Shown: in pieces, positions 38,558-51,221 of the stretch
Layout of the letters: the number at the start of each line of letters is the position of its first letter
How positions within the stretch are numbered: position 1 is the stretch's first letter
NCBI RefSeq assembly: GCF_035084215.1
Contig: NC_090352.1
Coordinates: 30,690,001-30,754,000, forward strand
Reading direction: 5' to 3'
Source of the DNA: Heptranchias perlo
Taxonomy: Eukaryota
Length of the DNA: 64,000 bases
Position numbers and translations under genes: made by a program
The notes under the pieces: generated by a model
Seen by the model: the letters and a program-made list of their open reading frames with translations, nothing else
Database searches by the model: none
Told to the model about the DNA's origin: nothing

Positions 38558-40254
38558 CACTCTATGGAGACACACATGATTATTTCCTATATAGAAGTCA
38601 GTAAGAAGTTTGTCATTTTATGCAACTGTAGCATAGTTTGCTTTAGAAATGTAAATGATATTGTCTGAATCCCCTGCCCTGTGTCACCTTATGTGATGTT
38701 GTATTTTCTACCATCTTAATCCAATTCTGCCCCAGTTCTGTTGTCGGTTATCGCCTGCCTTTCTGTCAGTCCCCCCAACACTAAGAGGTAAACACAAGAC
38801 ATTTACAAATGGGAAATCATCATTATCTGTGCCTGACACTGCACCTCAGAATAAAACAAGTGGAGCCCAGCTTTACGAAAGTTCAGCCTCAGTTCTCCTG
38901 GAAAATCCGAGATATTTGTCCGCAGATCCCATGAGCAATAGCAATGGTCAGGGGCAGTTGGTTTCTGTTTGGGTGTATTACATACAATGGGATTGAGTGT
39001 ATATAGTGTATTACGAGATGGGATGACCTGTTTCAGTCATCTTATTGTTGGTGTGGTTGTCATAGAAAATGGTGCAAATGTGTGAAAGCTATGCAAGATG
39101 GGGGCTAGCAGCCTGCCTACTTCAATAACACACAACCTCTGTTTATACAGCCCTGTTATATATCACACGCTCAAATTAGAAAAGCATTACTAACCGAGAT
39201 CATGAAATTTGGGGGTAGGTTCCTGAAGTAGTTCTAAAGCCCAGCCTTAGGGGGGTGAAACTGGACATGGGCAGGAGACCAAAACAGTCAACGGAACTAA
39301 ATATCGAGCAAGGTGTGTAAGACGAGACCAGTCTGATACTGCCTGTTTTACTCAGGTCCAATTTCACCTGAAACTGTGCAGAACACTTAATATCCATAAT
39401 CATTCCTTACGGTCATGTACAACGTTTAGAATTGTAGGGGCCTTGGCTTCCAACATTTACACTTTACTACAGCTTTCCTAGGGCCTCACTAATGCATAGT
39501 GCACCATGATCGTACATACGTTTGCCGTGCTTGGTCAAAAAGGTGTGGGTGACCATCGGATCTCAATCTCTGGATTCTTTCCACAGAATGGAGAGTCTGA
39601 AAGGATTTAACTAAGTGAAGGGGGGGGGGGGGGAGGAGAAGGAAGGATGCCGAGGAACCAAAGGCCACACATATCCTCTTATAACTCGTGCGATTGGACA
39701 GTCAGGTGGACAAGGAGATCGACCTTAAATTTCCAGTCCAGCTGATACTTGTGCTGAGACTACCCAATGGGAGTCGGTCTCAGCCAGGCTATTTAAAAAG
39801 AGTCAAAACTGCTCATGGGATCCATTTCAATTTATGTTTTGTCCGCTAGCAGGTTAACCAATGAGTGACATTGATGCATCCAGTGCTCCGACAAACGAGA
39901 GAGCAGAAAACGAGCTTCGGGAAGGGGAAGAGGGTAAATAGGGGGAAAAAATGGAAGGAGAGAAATCTACCATAGTGAATATACTTGTAATAAATGCTCA
40001 CTTGGAAATGGTAGAAGCATTGCTGCCTGTCACCAGAACACTCCACACGGAACAGAAAAAGACCGGATTGTTTTAGGGGGAACTCGGTAATGGTGCACCT
40101 TTGAGAATTCTCAACAGCTCTTTATCACCTCAGTAACAAAAGCTGGCCCAAGCTATTTTTAGTTTAGGCACAAAACACTACAGGTGAAGGTACATCATGT
40201 GATCTGGTGCATTTCTCTGGTGATTTGGATTTTGCAAAGTACTGCAGGCATTTA

Positions 40255-40876
40255 GAACCTAGAATTATAACGGGGCTCAGAGGGTTAAATTATGAGGTCC
40301 TGGCTTGTATGCCCTTGAATATAGAATGTAAGGAATCTTACAACACCAGGTTATAGTCCAACAATTTTATTTTAAAATCACAAGCTTTCGGAGATAATCT
40401 CCGAAAGCTTGTGATTTTAAAATAAAATTTGTTGGACTATAACCTGGTGTTGTAAGATTCCTTACATTTGTCCACCCCAGTCCATCACCGGCATCTCCAC
40501 ATCTTGAATATAGAAGATTGAGGGATCTGATCGAGGTGTTTAATATGTTAAAAAGGATTCGATAGGGCAGAGACAGATAAACTATTTCCTCTGATGGGGG
40601 AATCAAGAAGGAGGAGACATCTTAAAAGTAGAGCTAGGCCATTTAGGAGAGAAATCAGGAAACACTTTTCCTAGGAGAAATTTTGAATTCTTCCCCCCCA
40701 CCATAGGCTGTGGATGCTGGGACAATTGGAGCTTTCAAGGCTGAGGTCGATAGATTTTTGTTCGGTAAGGGTATTAAGGGATTTGGAGCTAAGGCTGGTA
40801 AATGGAATTAAGATACAGATCAGCCATGATCTATTTGAAGGCTGGAGGGACTAAGTGGCCCACTCCTGTTCCTATG
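40255..40876 (+). mobile_element. Degraded CR1 3' fragment interrupted by a Penelope-like insertion
   Basis: gatctgatcgaggtgtttaa... through the CR1 tail ctcctgttcctatg. Confidence 0.8.
40327..40502 (-). mobile_element. Palindromic Penelope-like terminal element with 13-bp TSD
   Basis: Near-perfect inverted repeat 40325-40468. TSD cttgaatatagaa at 40314-40326 and 40503-40515. Confidence 0.8.
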
Positions 40877-41759
40877 ATCCAAAAGGGAGACAAGTTGGGG
40901 GATTCCAAATTCCCACTGAACAGCTAAAGGTGAAATCCTTGAAAGGACAGCACACAGCGTAACCACCACTGACCAAAATTTTACTCAACCTTTTCTATCT
41001 TAATCTATCAGAGCTGTCAACACTGGGGAAATGTTAGGAGTGAGATTTCTATATGGTCAGAAAGAACAAGACCAATTGTGAACCCAGTTAAACATTCGGG
41101 GCTGTGTTCATTTTAAGGAGCAAGATCGATTAAAGTAGGTTTAATTTTAAATTGAAATGAGAGAGACTGACCTCAAACGAGGGAGACTTGATGGGTCGAA
41201 ACTACGCAGAATCTGACCCTTGTTCTTCAAGTAGTTAGGCTGTAATATTTTATTCTTTCATTTAACTTTTAAATTAAGAATCATTCGGGGTCACATTTAA
41301 ATGTTAATGTTGCTAGGTATTCCTCACTAATAATTCAAACCTTTAAGGGATTCTGTGATATTTATCTGATGTGAATTTGAAAAAAAAATAATTGTCCATT
41401 TCTATTTGTCCAAAGGTTTTGTTTAAGGACTAATATCACTGTGTGGCCTGTCACTCGCTCACACACAAATCTCATGGGACTCAGTGGTTCACGGTGGTGA
41501 CATTTTAGCCTTGGATTGGAGGAAAATATTCCACTTGTGCTCTCTCCTGACAACATTTCCTCCCACCTCCTGTTAGCTCACTCAAATCTCCCCATGTAAT
41601 CAAATCCACATCTTCCTCATCAAAATCTTCACTTGCAGGTCACTGGTGATGGACTAAAAGAACCGGTTTTCACCACTGATGTACAATATCCTTGGACACC
41701 AATCCCCAGATGTTGGTGAGGAGGACTGGGCTGGGTCTATCTTTATCATCTCCTGATTC

Positions 41760-42205
41760 GTCAGCATAAAATGGTTATGTACTTAACCAATTCCATTTCC
41801 ATTTCCGCCACCAATTTTCTTCCTTCCCCTCCTCTGCTGTAAGCCCTTGCTACAGTCTAGTTCCACAGATCTTGGTCCAACTTCACCCAAGTGGCCATTA
41901 TTCATGTGCGAACCGTCACGGTGACTGTCGGCAAGTTTACTTGACTATTGGGAAGGAGGCGTCATGGCTTTACCCGATCCTGACCACCTCCAATGTTCAC
42001 CCACGCACACTTCCAGCAGGAATCACTGGATAGTGGAAATGCTGGCCGATTTTCACCCCCCAAAATTGGGGGTACTAAGGCCAGATATATCTACTGCAGC
42101 TCTAGCTGTGACCAACCAACTCAGCAGAGACTGGATTGAAGCAGAGATCTTCCTGTCCATGTAGCTCAGTTACTCATGAGATTAATGCACTGAGTCACTG
42201 AGGAA
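41760..42205 (-). mobile_element. Old tRNA-headed SINE-like repeat (family not identified)
   Basis: Shares caagtggccat...tcatgtg and downstream blocks with about 21020-21150 and 58700-58945. Confidence 0.45.
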
Positions 42206-42257
42206 TCCTAGAGTTTCAGTTTTAAATAATATACATTATAGACATTTAAATGGAGAG

Positions 42258-42470
42258 TACATAGGAACTGGATTAGCCATTCAGCCCCTCGAGCCAGCTC
42301 CGCCATTCAATCAGATCATGGCTGATCTGTACCTCAACTCCATTTACCCATCTTAGCTCCATTTCCCTGGATACCCTTACCTAACAAAAAACTGTCAATC
42401 TCAGTCTTGAAAGCTCCAATTGTCCCTGCGTACTCAGCCTTTTGGGGGAGAGAATTACAGATTTCTATTA
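42258..42470 (-). mobile_element. CR1 3' UTR fragment
   Basis: Reverse complement of the 3110-3218-type tail (ccattcagcccctcgagcc...gatcatggctgatct). Confidence 0.8.
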
Positions 42471-42837
42471 TTAGACGGCTTTGGGCTAAGGAACTAAAGC
42501 AGAAACAGCGGATACGGAGTCAATGGACTCAGTGATTGCGTCGATAAATCTATATCATGAGGACAGTTTAAATTCAGACATCAGCAAGAAGAAACATTTT
42601 CAACACGAGCAGTCGTTGCCAGTACAAGTAGCAACCTTGGGAGAGGCAAATGGCTTGGAGGAGGAGTTTGAGAAGAGGTGATGATACAGGATATCTCAAG
42701 AGAGGCAGCAGCAGGAGGGAAGTAAACAGCGCAGGATTTCATTTTGCTCTGTTCGGCTTCCACTATTATGAGCTTTAGGACGTTAAATATCGTTTACAAC
42801 CCAGACTGGTTATTAAATTCAATGCAGGAATGGCCCA

Positions 42838-43440
42838 AACAGGCTAATACTGGCAACGAAAGCCTACGACAGGCTAATATTGGCAACGATGGCCTACGAC
42901 AGGCTAATATTGGCAACGATGGCTTACGACAGGCTAATATTGGCAACGATGGCCTACGACAGGCTAATATTGGCAACGATGGCCTACGACAGGCTAATAT
43001 TGGCAACGATGGCCTACCTCAGGCTAATATTGGCAACGATGGCCTACGACAGGCTAATATTGGCAACGATGGCCTACCTCAGGCTAATATTGGCAACGAT
43101 GGCCTACCTCAGGCCAGTATTGGCAACGATGGCCTACCTCAGGCCAGTATTGGCAACGATGGCCTACGACAGGCTAATATTGGCAACGATGGCCTACGAC
43201 AGGCTAATATTGGCAACGATGGCCTACGTCAGGCTAATATTGGCAACGATGGCCTACGTCAGGCTAATATTGGCAACGATGGCCTACGACAGGCTAATAT
43301 TGGCAACGATGGCCTACCTCAGGCTAATATTGGCAACGATGGCCTACGACAGGCTAATATTGGCGACGATGGCCTACGACAGGCTAATATTGGCAACGAT
43401 GGCCTACGACAGGCTAATATTGGCAACGATGGCCTATGAC
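42838..43440. repeat. 30-bp minisatellite, about 20 copies
   Basis: Unit aggctaatattggcaacgatggcctacgac with cctc/cgtc variants. Confidence 0.97.
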
Positions 43441-43748
43441 ATAAGCCCTTCCTATACTTCGGGGGTGGCAGTAAAACTAGTGGTGGGACTTGGAGCCCCA
43501 TTACTTGATGAAGTTGCTTTATTTAACTAATGGCAGTGGGAATTGCACATTCAGACTTTTTTTCCCGCTTTTAAGCTTACCAGTGACGTATTTGCTTTGA
43601 TTTGTTCCTCAGCCTCTTTTTCCCCATTTTGCATCTTTTTAATTTTCTGCGCTCCAGAATTTATTGGCTGTGCCGTTGATTTTCTGCAGCCAGTTACTAC
43701 AATAAACCCTTGGGTAATGAAGAAACTCTTAACTAGTGCAAAATCTGT

Positions 43749-43937
43749 AATAAAAACAGAAAATGTTGGAAAGGCTCAGCAAGTGAGGCAGCATCGGTGG
43801 AGAAAGAAACAGTTAACGTCTCAGGTCGATGACCTTTCATCTGACGAAAGGTCATCAACCTGAAACGTTAACTCTGTTTCTTTCTCCACAGATGCTGCCT
43901 CACTTGCTGAGTCTTTCCAACATTTTCTGCTTTTATT
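43749..43937. mobile_element. Palindromic Penelope-derived element with hammerhead core in the right arm
   Basis: About 90-bp inverted arms. ctgacga at 43841 and gaaacgtt at 43862. Diverged direct repeats at 43727-43748 and 43938-43958. Confidence 0.75.
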
Positions 43938-44385
43938 TCTTAACTACTGCATATTTGTTGAATGTTGGTATTTATACAATACAACCTCTCTTCAGAGCTT
44001 GCTGATATTGGGTTAACAATAAATGCCATGTCACCATTACTCTAGGTTCTTTCACGATTCACTATAAATATACTTTAAGATCCATTAGAAAATTGGCAAT
44101 ACCAATTTTCCTATCGGATACAAATATTAGTTCCATCTGACTTTTAACGGTGCTGCAGTCCTTATTTTATAGCCCTAATTTATATTCTTGGTACTTAATT
44201 TATATTTCTAACCATGAGGGCCATTGATCCCACCTTCCTTCAAGGTCCAAAAAAAGACCTAAAGGTGTGGACATCAACTACATCCCATACAATGAACAGA
44301 ACCGAACCTGTGACAGGTAGGTAGCCTAACATTTATGGCCTAACTGGTGAGAATTGCCTGGACTCGATGGCGGCGCCACCTCCTC

Positions 44386-44473
44386 CCACATGCAGTCAAG
44401 ACTTGCAAGGAGGTGGAAGCGCCATCGAACACGATGGCGCTGCCACCTCCTTGCAAGTCTTGGCTGCATGTGG
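44386..44473. repeat. 42-bp-stem hairpin
   Basis: ccacatgcagtcaagacttgcaaggaggtggaagcgccatcg-aaca-cgatggcgctgccacctccttgcaagtcttggctgcatgtgg. Confidence 0.9.
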
Positions 44474-46293
44474 TTTTTAACCCCTCCGCGAGACATTTTA
44501 CTGATATTACAGTGCTGCACAGCGCCAGAAATTCAGTCCCATAGCCGTATCCCCTCACTTGATCATTTCCTTGCAAGTTTCCAGTCCATGTGGTGTTTAT
44601 CCCCCAGTGTTGCATTTTACTGGTGTCACAGTTTTATATTTGATGCTGCACTTCCTATTTCAAGTAATCGATTGTAACAGTATTTTCAATCCAGTGCTCT
44701 GGGTAGAATATCCTACCTGGGATAATTCTTTAACTGAGAAAGCTTTTTTATAATGAAGTTAGTCAGAACATAGAAATAAATCTAAGTAGCACTGCTTGCT
44801 CACTGAAAAAAAATTGTAAGCAGCATTGATTCACAACACCGCTGCGTACCATGGGATTATGCATGAATGAACTTTTCTTTTTGTGAAATCATGCCACGTT
44901 CTTCCTTCAGGATCAGGTCAACAGATCTGAAATTATGGGCATTTTATTAAAATTATAATGTGCAGAATCGGTGAGGGCAAAACTTTGCACTGACAGTCAC
45001 AAGCTGTAGCTCCCCCCTGGTGGCTCAGTTTGTAAACGCAGTGGCCAATGGAGAACTGAGCCGCATAGACCAAAAATGCACCAGTTCTGCCAGGATGGCA
45101 TTCGGAACACTACAATTGGCGATCCTAAAAAGCTCAGAGTCGGGGAGGGGGGGTTAACAGCCTCTCCTGATCATTATCAATACCTGCATGCACGGTTGAT
45201 GGGGTGAAGAAAAAAATATGCCCTTGGAATTGCCTTCATAGAATCATACAGCACAGAAGGAGGCCATTCAGCCCATTGTGCCTGTGCTGGCTCTTTGAAA
45301 GAGTTCTCCAATTAGCCTCACCCCACCTTGCTCTTTCCCCATAGCCCTGCAAATTTCTCCTTGGACGAAAAGCCTGCTATACCTGTGAAGAAAGGGCACT
45401 GGGGTAAGGGTCAGGAAGGTCGGGGGCGTTCATGGAAGCTCACAGAAGCATGGCTCAGCCCCTTTTGAAGGAGAACATTATAATGCCCATTTGTTTTCCT
45501 ATCTCACTATTGCACAGTTTTGGGAGCTCAGAAAACCAAAGAGTGCGCATTGGGTAAAAGCATTTCCAAAAACTGGTGCCCAGTTCACCACCTGAAAATA
45601 AAAATAGAACGCAGCCCTAACGTGAGCAGATAGATGGTTGGAGACATTTCACAGCGTATCAGTTATAACCCAAGTTTTGCCCGCTTTAAGGCAGCAGCCA
45701 TGTTTCCTCTGGATGGATGTGCATTGCTGAGGAAGTGCCATTCAGAGTGTGCGAGAGAATGAATGGATTCTTATTGGAATGAGAAAGGGTTAAAACTTGG
45801 CAGGCTATAGTAGGGAATTGTTGACTGGTTTCTGATAGAGAGATCCCATAGTGCATTCATTGAGATGTTGATTCGCGGCTTGGCGGCCAATTAAGCGTGA
45901 TCAATTGGTTTAAAAAAAAATGGCCAAGTATCAGAAATTCACAGCAGGCCAGTCAGCATCTGAAAAAGTGTTTTGGGAGGGACCGTCATCAGAACTGGCA
46001 CAATCTGGCCGGAGGAGGTCCTTTATGGGACTGACCAAAACAAAGAGGTAAGAGAAGGTAGAGTTTAAGAGATCAAATGTGCCAAATCCTTTCACAGGAA
46101 GGCAGAGCCTTCCGTTTTATTTCAGACAGGTAGCCTGATCGTCTTCGTGTGGTGGAAAATATAAATGGTCTTACCAGAGGCAACTGTCAGTGCAGAGAAA
46201 AGTAACACTGAACCATAATTTATCATTTTTACAATCAAAGCAAGTGATACTTATACCTGCACCGACAGTGCCTCTAGTAAGGCCATTTATATT

Positions 46294-46560
46294 TTGCTAT
46301 TCCCGTGAAATAAACAACATTTATAAAAGAACAAATTCTTAATTCAAAGGACACTGTGAATTAAACAATGTTTAACTCTGCACGTGTCTGTTCACAGAAT
46401 GTCATTTTGGAGATGCCATGATTTATAATCAGAGCATTTCCAAAATGATATTCTGTAAAGAGACACATGCACAGTTAAGCATTATTTAATTCACAGTGTC
46501 CTTTCGAATTAAAAAATAATTGTTCTTTTATAAATGTTGTTTGTTTCACGGGAACAGCAA
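46294..46560. repeat. About 270-bp imperfect palindrome (MITE-like)
   Basis: ttgctattcccgtgaaataaacaacatttataaaagaac... pairs with ...gttcttttataaatgttgtttgtttcacgggaacagcaa, centre about 46425. Confidence 0.9.
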
Positions 46561-46687
46561 TGTTGGTGCTCTATGGGTTGAAGATGCTGATTCTTTTTAT
46601 TGTGCAACAACAGAGGGGGAGGATTTATTGCAGTGTCCTCTGGGTCTCTGAATGTGTGACTATGTTCCACATCATTGTCTTTCCTGA

Positions 46688-46945
<258 letters not shown>

Positions 46946-47483
46946 TAGATGGGGCGGGCAAAATCATGGCTTGGGTTCTGAGTTTCGCTCTGCTGTTGAT
47001 GCCAATAGCAGCTTTGCTCTATCGGATGATGTCGAATTTAAAAAAGACTAGCTGATCTCCCGTGGTGTTGCTCCCATGTAGTGCAGAGCACAGGCCGGGT
47101 TATCAAGGTCAGAAATAAAACCAGGAAATAACTGGCTTTATTCAGACTGTAGACTTTGTTTTAAGAATGTTCATTTGTGATTTGCTATATATATATATAT
47201 ATATATAATCTAGCTAGATCTATATATGTGTATATAGATATATCTGTATGTGTGTATATAGATATATCTGTATATGATAAATCCAGGTGTGTCCAAGCTT
47301 TTGTCTTTGGGAGCCATGGTAGCGCTGGTATTTTCATGGAAAATATATAAATTACAATACAATGTACTGTTGGTGCCTTTTTTGGACTCTCTCTGGTGTA
47401 TCAGTGTCACTCTAGAATCATGCCCTTCCATTCACCCATCCAGTATAAGAAGGAGCTGTCTACTGACATTGAGGAAGAAACCA

Positions 47484-50400
47484 TCATAGAATCATAGAAG
47501 TTTACAACATGGAAACAGGCCCTTCGGCCCAACATGTCCATGTCGGCCAGTTTATACCACTAAGCTAGTCCCAATTGCCTGCACTTGGCCCATATCCCTC
47601 TATACCCATCTCACCCATGTAACTGTCCAAATGCTTTTTAAAAGACAAAATTGTACCCGCCTCTACTACTGCCTCTGGCAGCTCGTTCCAGACACTCACC
47701 ACCCTTTGAGTGAAAAAATTGCCCCTCTGGACCCTTTTGTATCTCTCCCCTCTCACCTTAAATCTATGCCCCCTCGTTATAGACTCCCCTACCTTTGGGA
47801 AAAGATTTTGACTATCTACCTTATCTATGCCCCTCATTATTTTATAGACTTCTATAAGATCACCCTGAACATCCTACTCTCCAGGGAAAAAAGTCTCAGT
47901 CTATCCAACCTCTCCCTATAAGTCAAACCATCAAGTCCCGGTAGCATCCTAGTAAATCTTTTCTGCACTCTTTCTAGTTTAATAATATCCTTTCTATAAT
48001 AGGGTGACCAGAACTGTACACAGTATTCCAAGTGTGGCCTTACTAATGTCTTGTACAACTTCAACAAGACATCCCAACTCCTGTATTCAATGTTCTGACC
48101 AATGAAACCAAGCATGCCAAATGCCTTCTTCACCACCCTATCCACCTGTGACTCCACTTTCAAGGAGCTATGAACCTGTACTCCGAGATCTCTTTGTTCT
48201 ATAACTCTCCCCAACGCCCTACCATTAACGGAGTAGGTCCTGGCCCGATTCAATCTACCAAAATGCATCACCTCACATTTATCTAAATTAAACTCCATCT
48301 GCCATTCATCGGCCCACTGGCCCAATTTATCAAGATCCCGTTGCAATCCTAGATAACCTTCTTCACTGTCCACAATGCCAACAATCTTGGTGTCATCTGC
48401 AAACTTACTAACCATGCCTCCTAAATTCTCATCCAAATCATTAATATAAATAACAAATAACAGCGGATCCAGCACCGATCCCTGAGGCACACCGCTGGTC
48501 ACAGGCCTCCAGTTTGAAAAACAACCCTCTACAACCACCCTCTGTCTTCTGTCGTCAAGCCAATTTTGTATCCAATTGGCTACCTCACCTTTGATCCCGT
48601 GAGATTTAACCTTATGTAACAACCTACCATACAGTACCTTGTCAAAGGCTTTGCTAAAGTCCATGTAGACCACGTCTACTGCACAGCCCTCATCTACCTT
48701 CTTGGTTACCCCTTCAAAAAACTCAATCAAATTCGTGAGACATGATTTTCCTCTCACAAAACCATGCTGACTGTTCCTAATCAGTCCCTGCCTCTTCAAA
48801 TGCCTGTAGATCCTGTCTCTCAGAATACCCTCTAACAACTTACCCACTACAGATGTCAGGCTCACCGGTCTGTAGTTCCCAGGCTTTTCCCTGCCGCCCT
48901 TCTTAAACAAAGGCACAACATTTGCTACTCTCCAATCTTCAGGCACCTCACCTGTAGCTGTCGATGATTCAAATATCTCTGCTAGGGGACCCGCAATTTC
49001 CTCCCTAACCTCCCATAACGTCCTGGGACATTCTCGGACTGGCAACCTGTAGCCAGTGGTGTTCCGCAGGGGTCGGTGCTGGGTCCCCAACTCTTCACAA
49101 TCTATATTAACGATTTGGAGGAGGGGACCGAGTGTAACATATCAAAGTTTGCAGATGATACAAAGATGGGAGGGAAAGTAGAGAGTGAGGAGGACATAAA
49201 AAACCTACAAGGGGATATAGACAGGCTGGGTGAGTGGGCGGAGATTTGGCAGATGCAATACAATATTGGAAAATGTGAGGTTATGCACTTTGGCAGGAAA
49301 AATCGGAGAGCAAGTTATTATCTTAATGGCAAGAAACTGGAAAGTACTGCAGTACAAAGGGATCTGGGGGTCCTAGTGCAAGAAAATCAAAAAGTTAGTT
49401 TGCAGGTGCAGCAGGTGATCAAGAAGGCCAACGGAATGTTGGCTTTTATTGCTAGGGGGATAGAATATAAAAACAGGGAGGTATTGCTGCAGTTATATAA
49501 GGTATTGGTGAGACCGCACCTGGAATACTGCATACAGTTTTGGTCTCCATACTTAAGAAAAGACATACTTGCTCTCGAGGCAGTACAAAGAAGGTTCACT
49601 CGGTTAATCCCGGGGATGAGGGGGCAGACATATGAGGAGAGGTTGAGTAGATTGGGACTCTACTCATTGGAGTTCAGAAGAATGAGAGGCGATCTTATTG
49701 AAACATATAAGATTGTGAAGGGGCTTGATCGGGTGGATGCGGTAAGGATGTTCCCAAGGATGGGTGAAACTAGAACTAGGGGGCATAATCTTAGAATAAG
49801 GGGCTGCTCTTTCAAAACTGAGATGAGGAGAAACTTCTTCACTCAGAGGGTAGTAGGTCTGTGGAATTTGCTGCCCCAGGAAGCTGTGGAAGCTACATCA
49901 TTAAATAAATTTAAAACAGAAATAGACAGTTTCCTAGAAGTAAAGGGAATTAGGGGTTACGGGGAGCGGGCAGGAAATTGGACATGAATTTAGATTTGAG
50001 GTTAGGATCAGATCAGCCATGATCTTATTGAATGGCGAAGCAGGCTCGAGGGGCCGATTGGCCTACTCCTGCTCCTATTTCTTATGTTCTTATGTTCTTA
50101 TGATACATTTCATCAGGTCCCGGAGATTTATCTACCTTGATGCGCGTTAAGACGTCCAGCACCTCCCTCTCTGTAATATGTACACTCCTCAAGACATCAC
50201 TATTTATTTCCCCAAGTTCCCTAACATCCATGCCTTTCCCAACCGTAAATACCGATGTGAAATATTCATTTAGGATCTCACCCATCTCTTGTGGTTCCGC
50301 ACATAGATGACCTTGCTGATCCTTAAGAGGCCCTACTCTCTCCCTAGTTACTCTTTTGCCCTTTATGTATTTGTAGAAGCTCTTTGGATTCTCCTTTGCC

Positions 50401-50768
50401 TTATCTGCCAAAGCAATCTCATGTCCCCTTTTTGCCCTCCTGATTTCTCTCTTAACTCTACTCCGGCAATCTCTATACTCTTCAAGGGATCCACTTGATC
50501 CCAGCTGTCTATGCATGTCATATGCCTCCTTCTTCTTTTTGACTCGGGCCTCAATCTCCCGAGTCATCCAAGGTTCCCTACTTCTACCAGCCTTGCCCTT
50601 CACTTTATAAGGAATGTGCTTACCCTGAACCCTGGTTAACACACTTTTGAAAGCCTCCAACTTACCAGACGTCCCTTTGCCTGCCAACCGACTCTCCCAA
50701 TCAACTTCTGAAAGTTCCTGTCTAATACCATCAAAATTGGCCTTTCCCCAATTTCGAATTTTAACTTG
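47484..50768 (-). mobile_element. 5'-truncated CR1 LINE, split by a younger CR1
   Basis: ORF 50082..50807 ends KSPGPDEMY and ORF 47852..49090 resumes PRTLWEV...GVPQGSVL...FADD. Tail (attctatg)n at about 47484-47499. Confidence 0.95.
49025..50102 (+). mobile_element. 5'-truncated CR1 nested in opposite orientation
   Basis: Open RT C-terminal half (FADD...HLEYC...WNLLP), 3' UTR and (ttcttatg)3 tail. Confidence 0.95.
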
Positions 50769-51221
50769 TGTTTTATCATGTGTGTGTTTCTCATCCCTCC
50801 CCCCCACACTTCTGTTTTAAAGGCAGATTGCTGTTCTAGACACAGTCTCTCACACACCCAGCTTTCACTGTGTTTGTGCCATTACTGTTGGCAATCGGGT
50901 CAACAGTAAAATTGCAGGAACAGATCCATTTACCCCACTGCACTGTAAAACACCGAGGCTGCTGATAACTGTGTTCCTCCTTTAGTTGCTAACCTCAGTT
51001 AGTTTTTAACCCATTACTAACTGGTGTTAGGAACTTGGGCTGAGGGTGGATGGGAAGCTCAGACAGGTGTTATGTCAAAGATCAGGGAATCACCACATGA
51101 AAATTCTCATAGATGAGATGAAACTCTCTCTTTGGGGAAACTTGACATTTCAGCCTTGAGAGGAGGTGAGTGAGAGGTGATCTTGTAGAGGTTCTAAAAG
51201 TTTGTAAAAGGTAAGTTCTTT

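Noticed and set aside
42744-43530. 231-aa and 216-aa repetitive ORFs
   Set aside because: Artefacts of a 30-bp tandem repeat; no splice or domain evidence.
47852-49090. 412-aa RT ORF as a standalone gene
   Set aside because: Chimeric: the first 21 aa or so are antisense of the nested CR1, the rest is the outer CR1.
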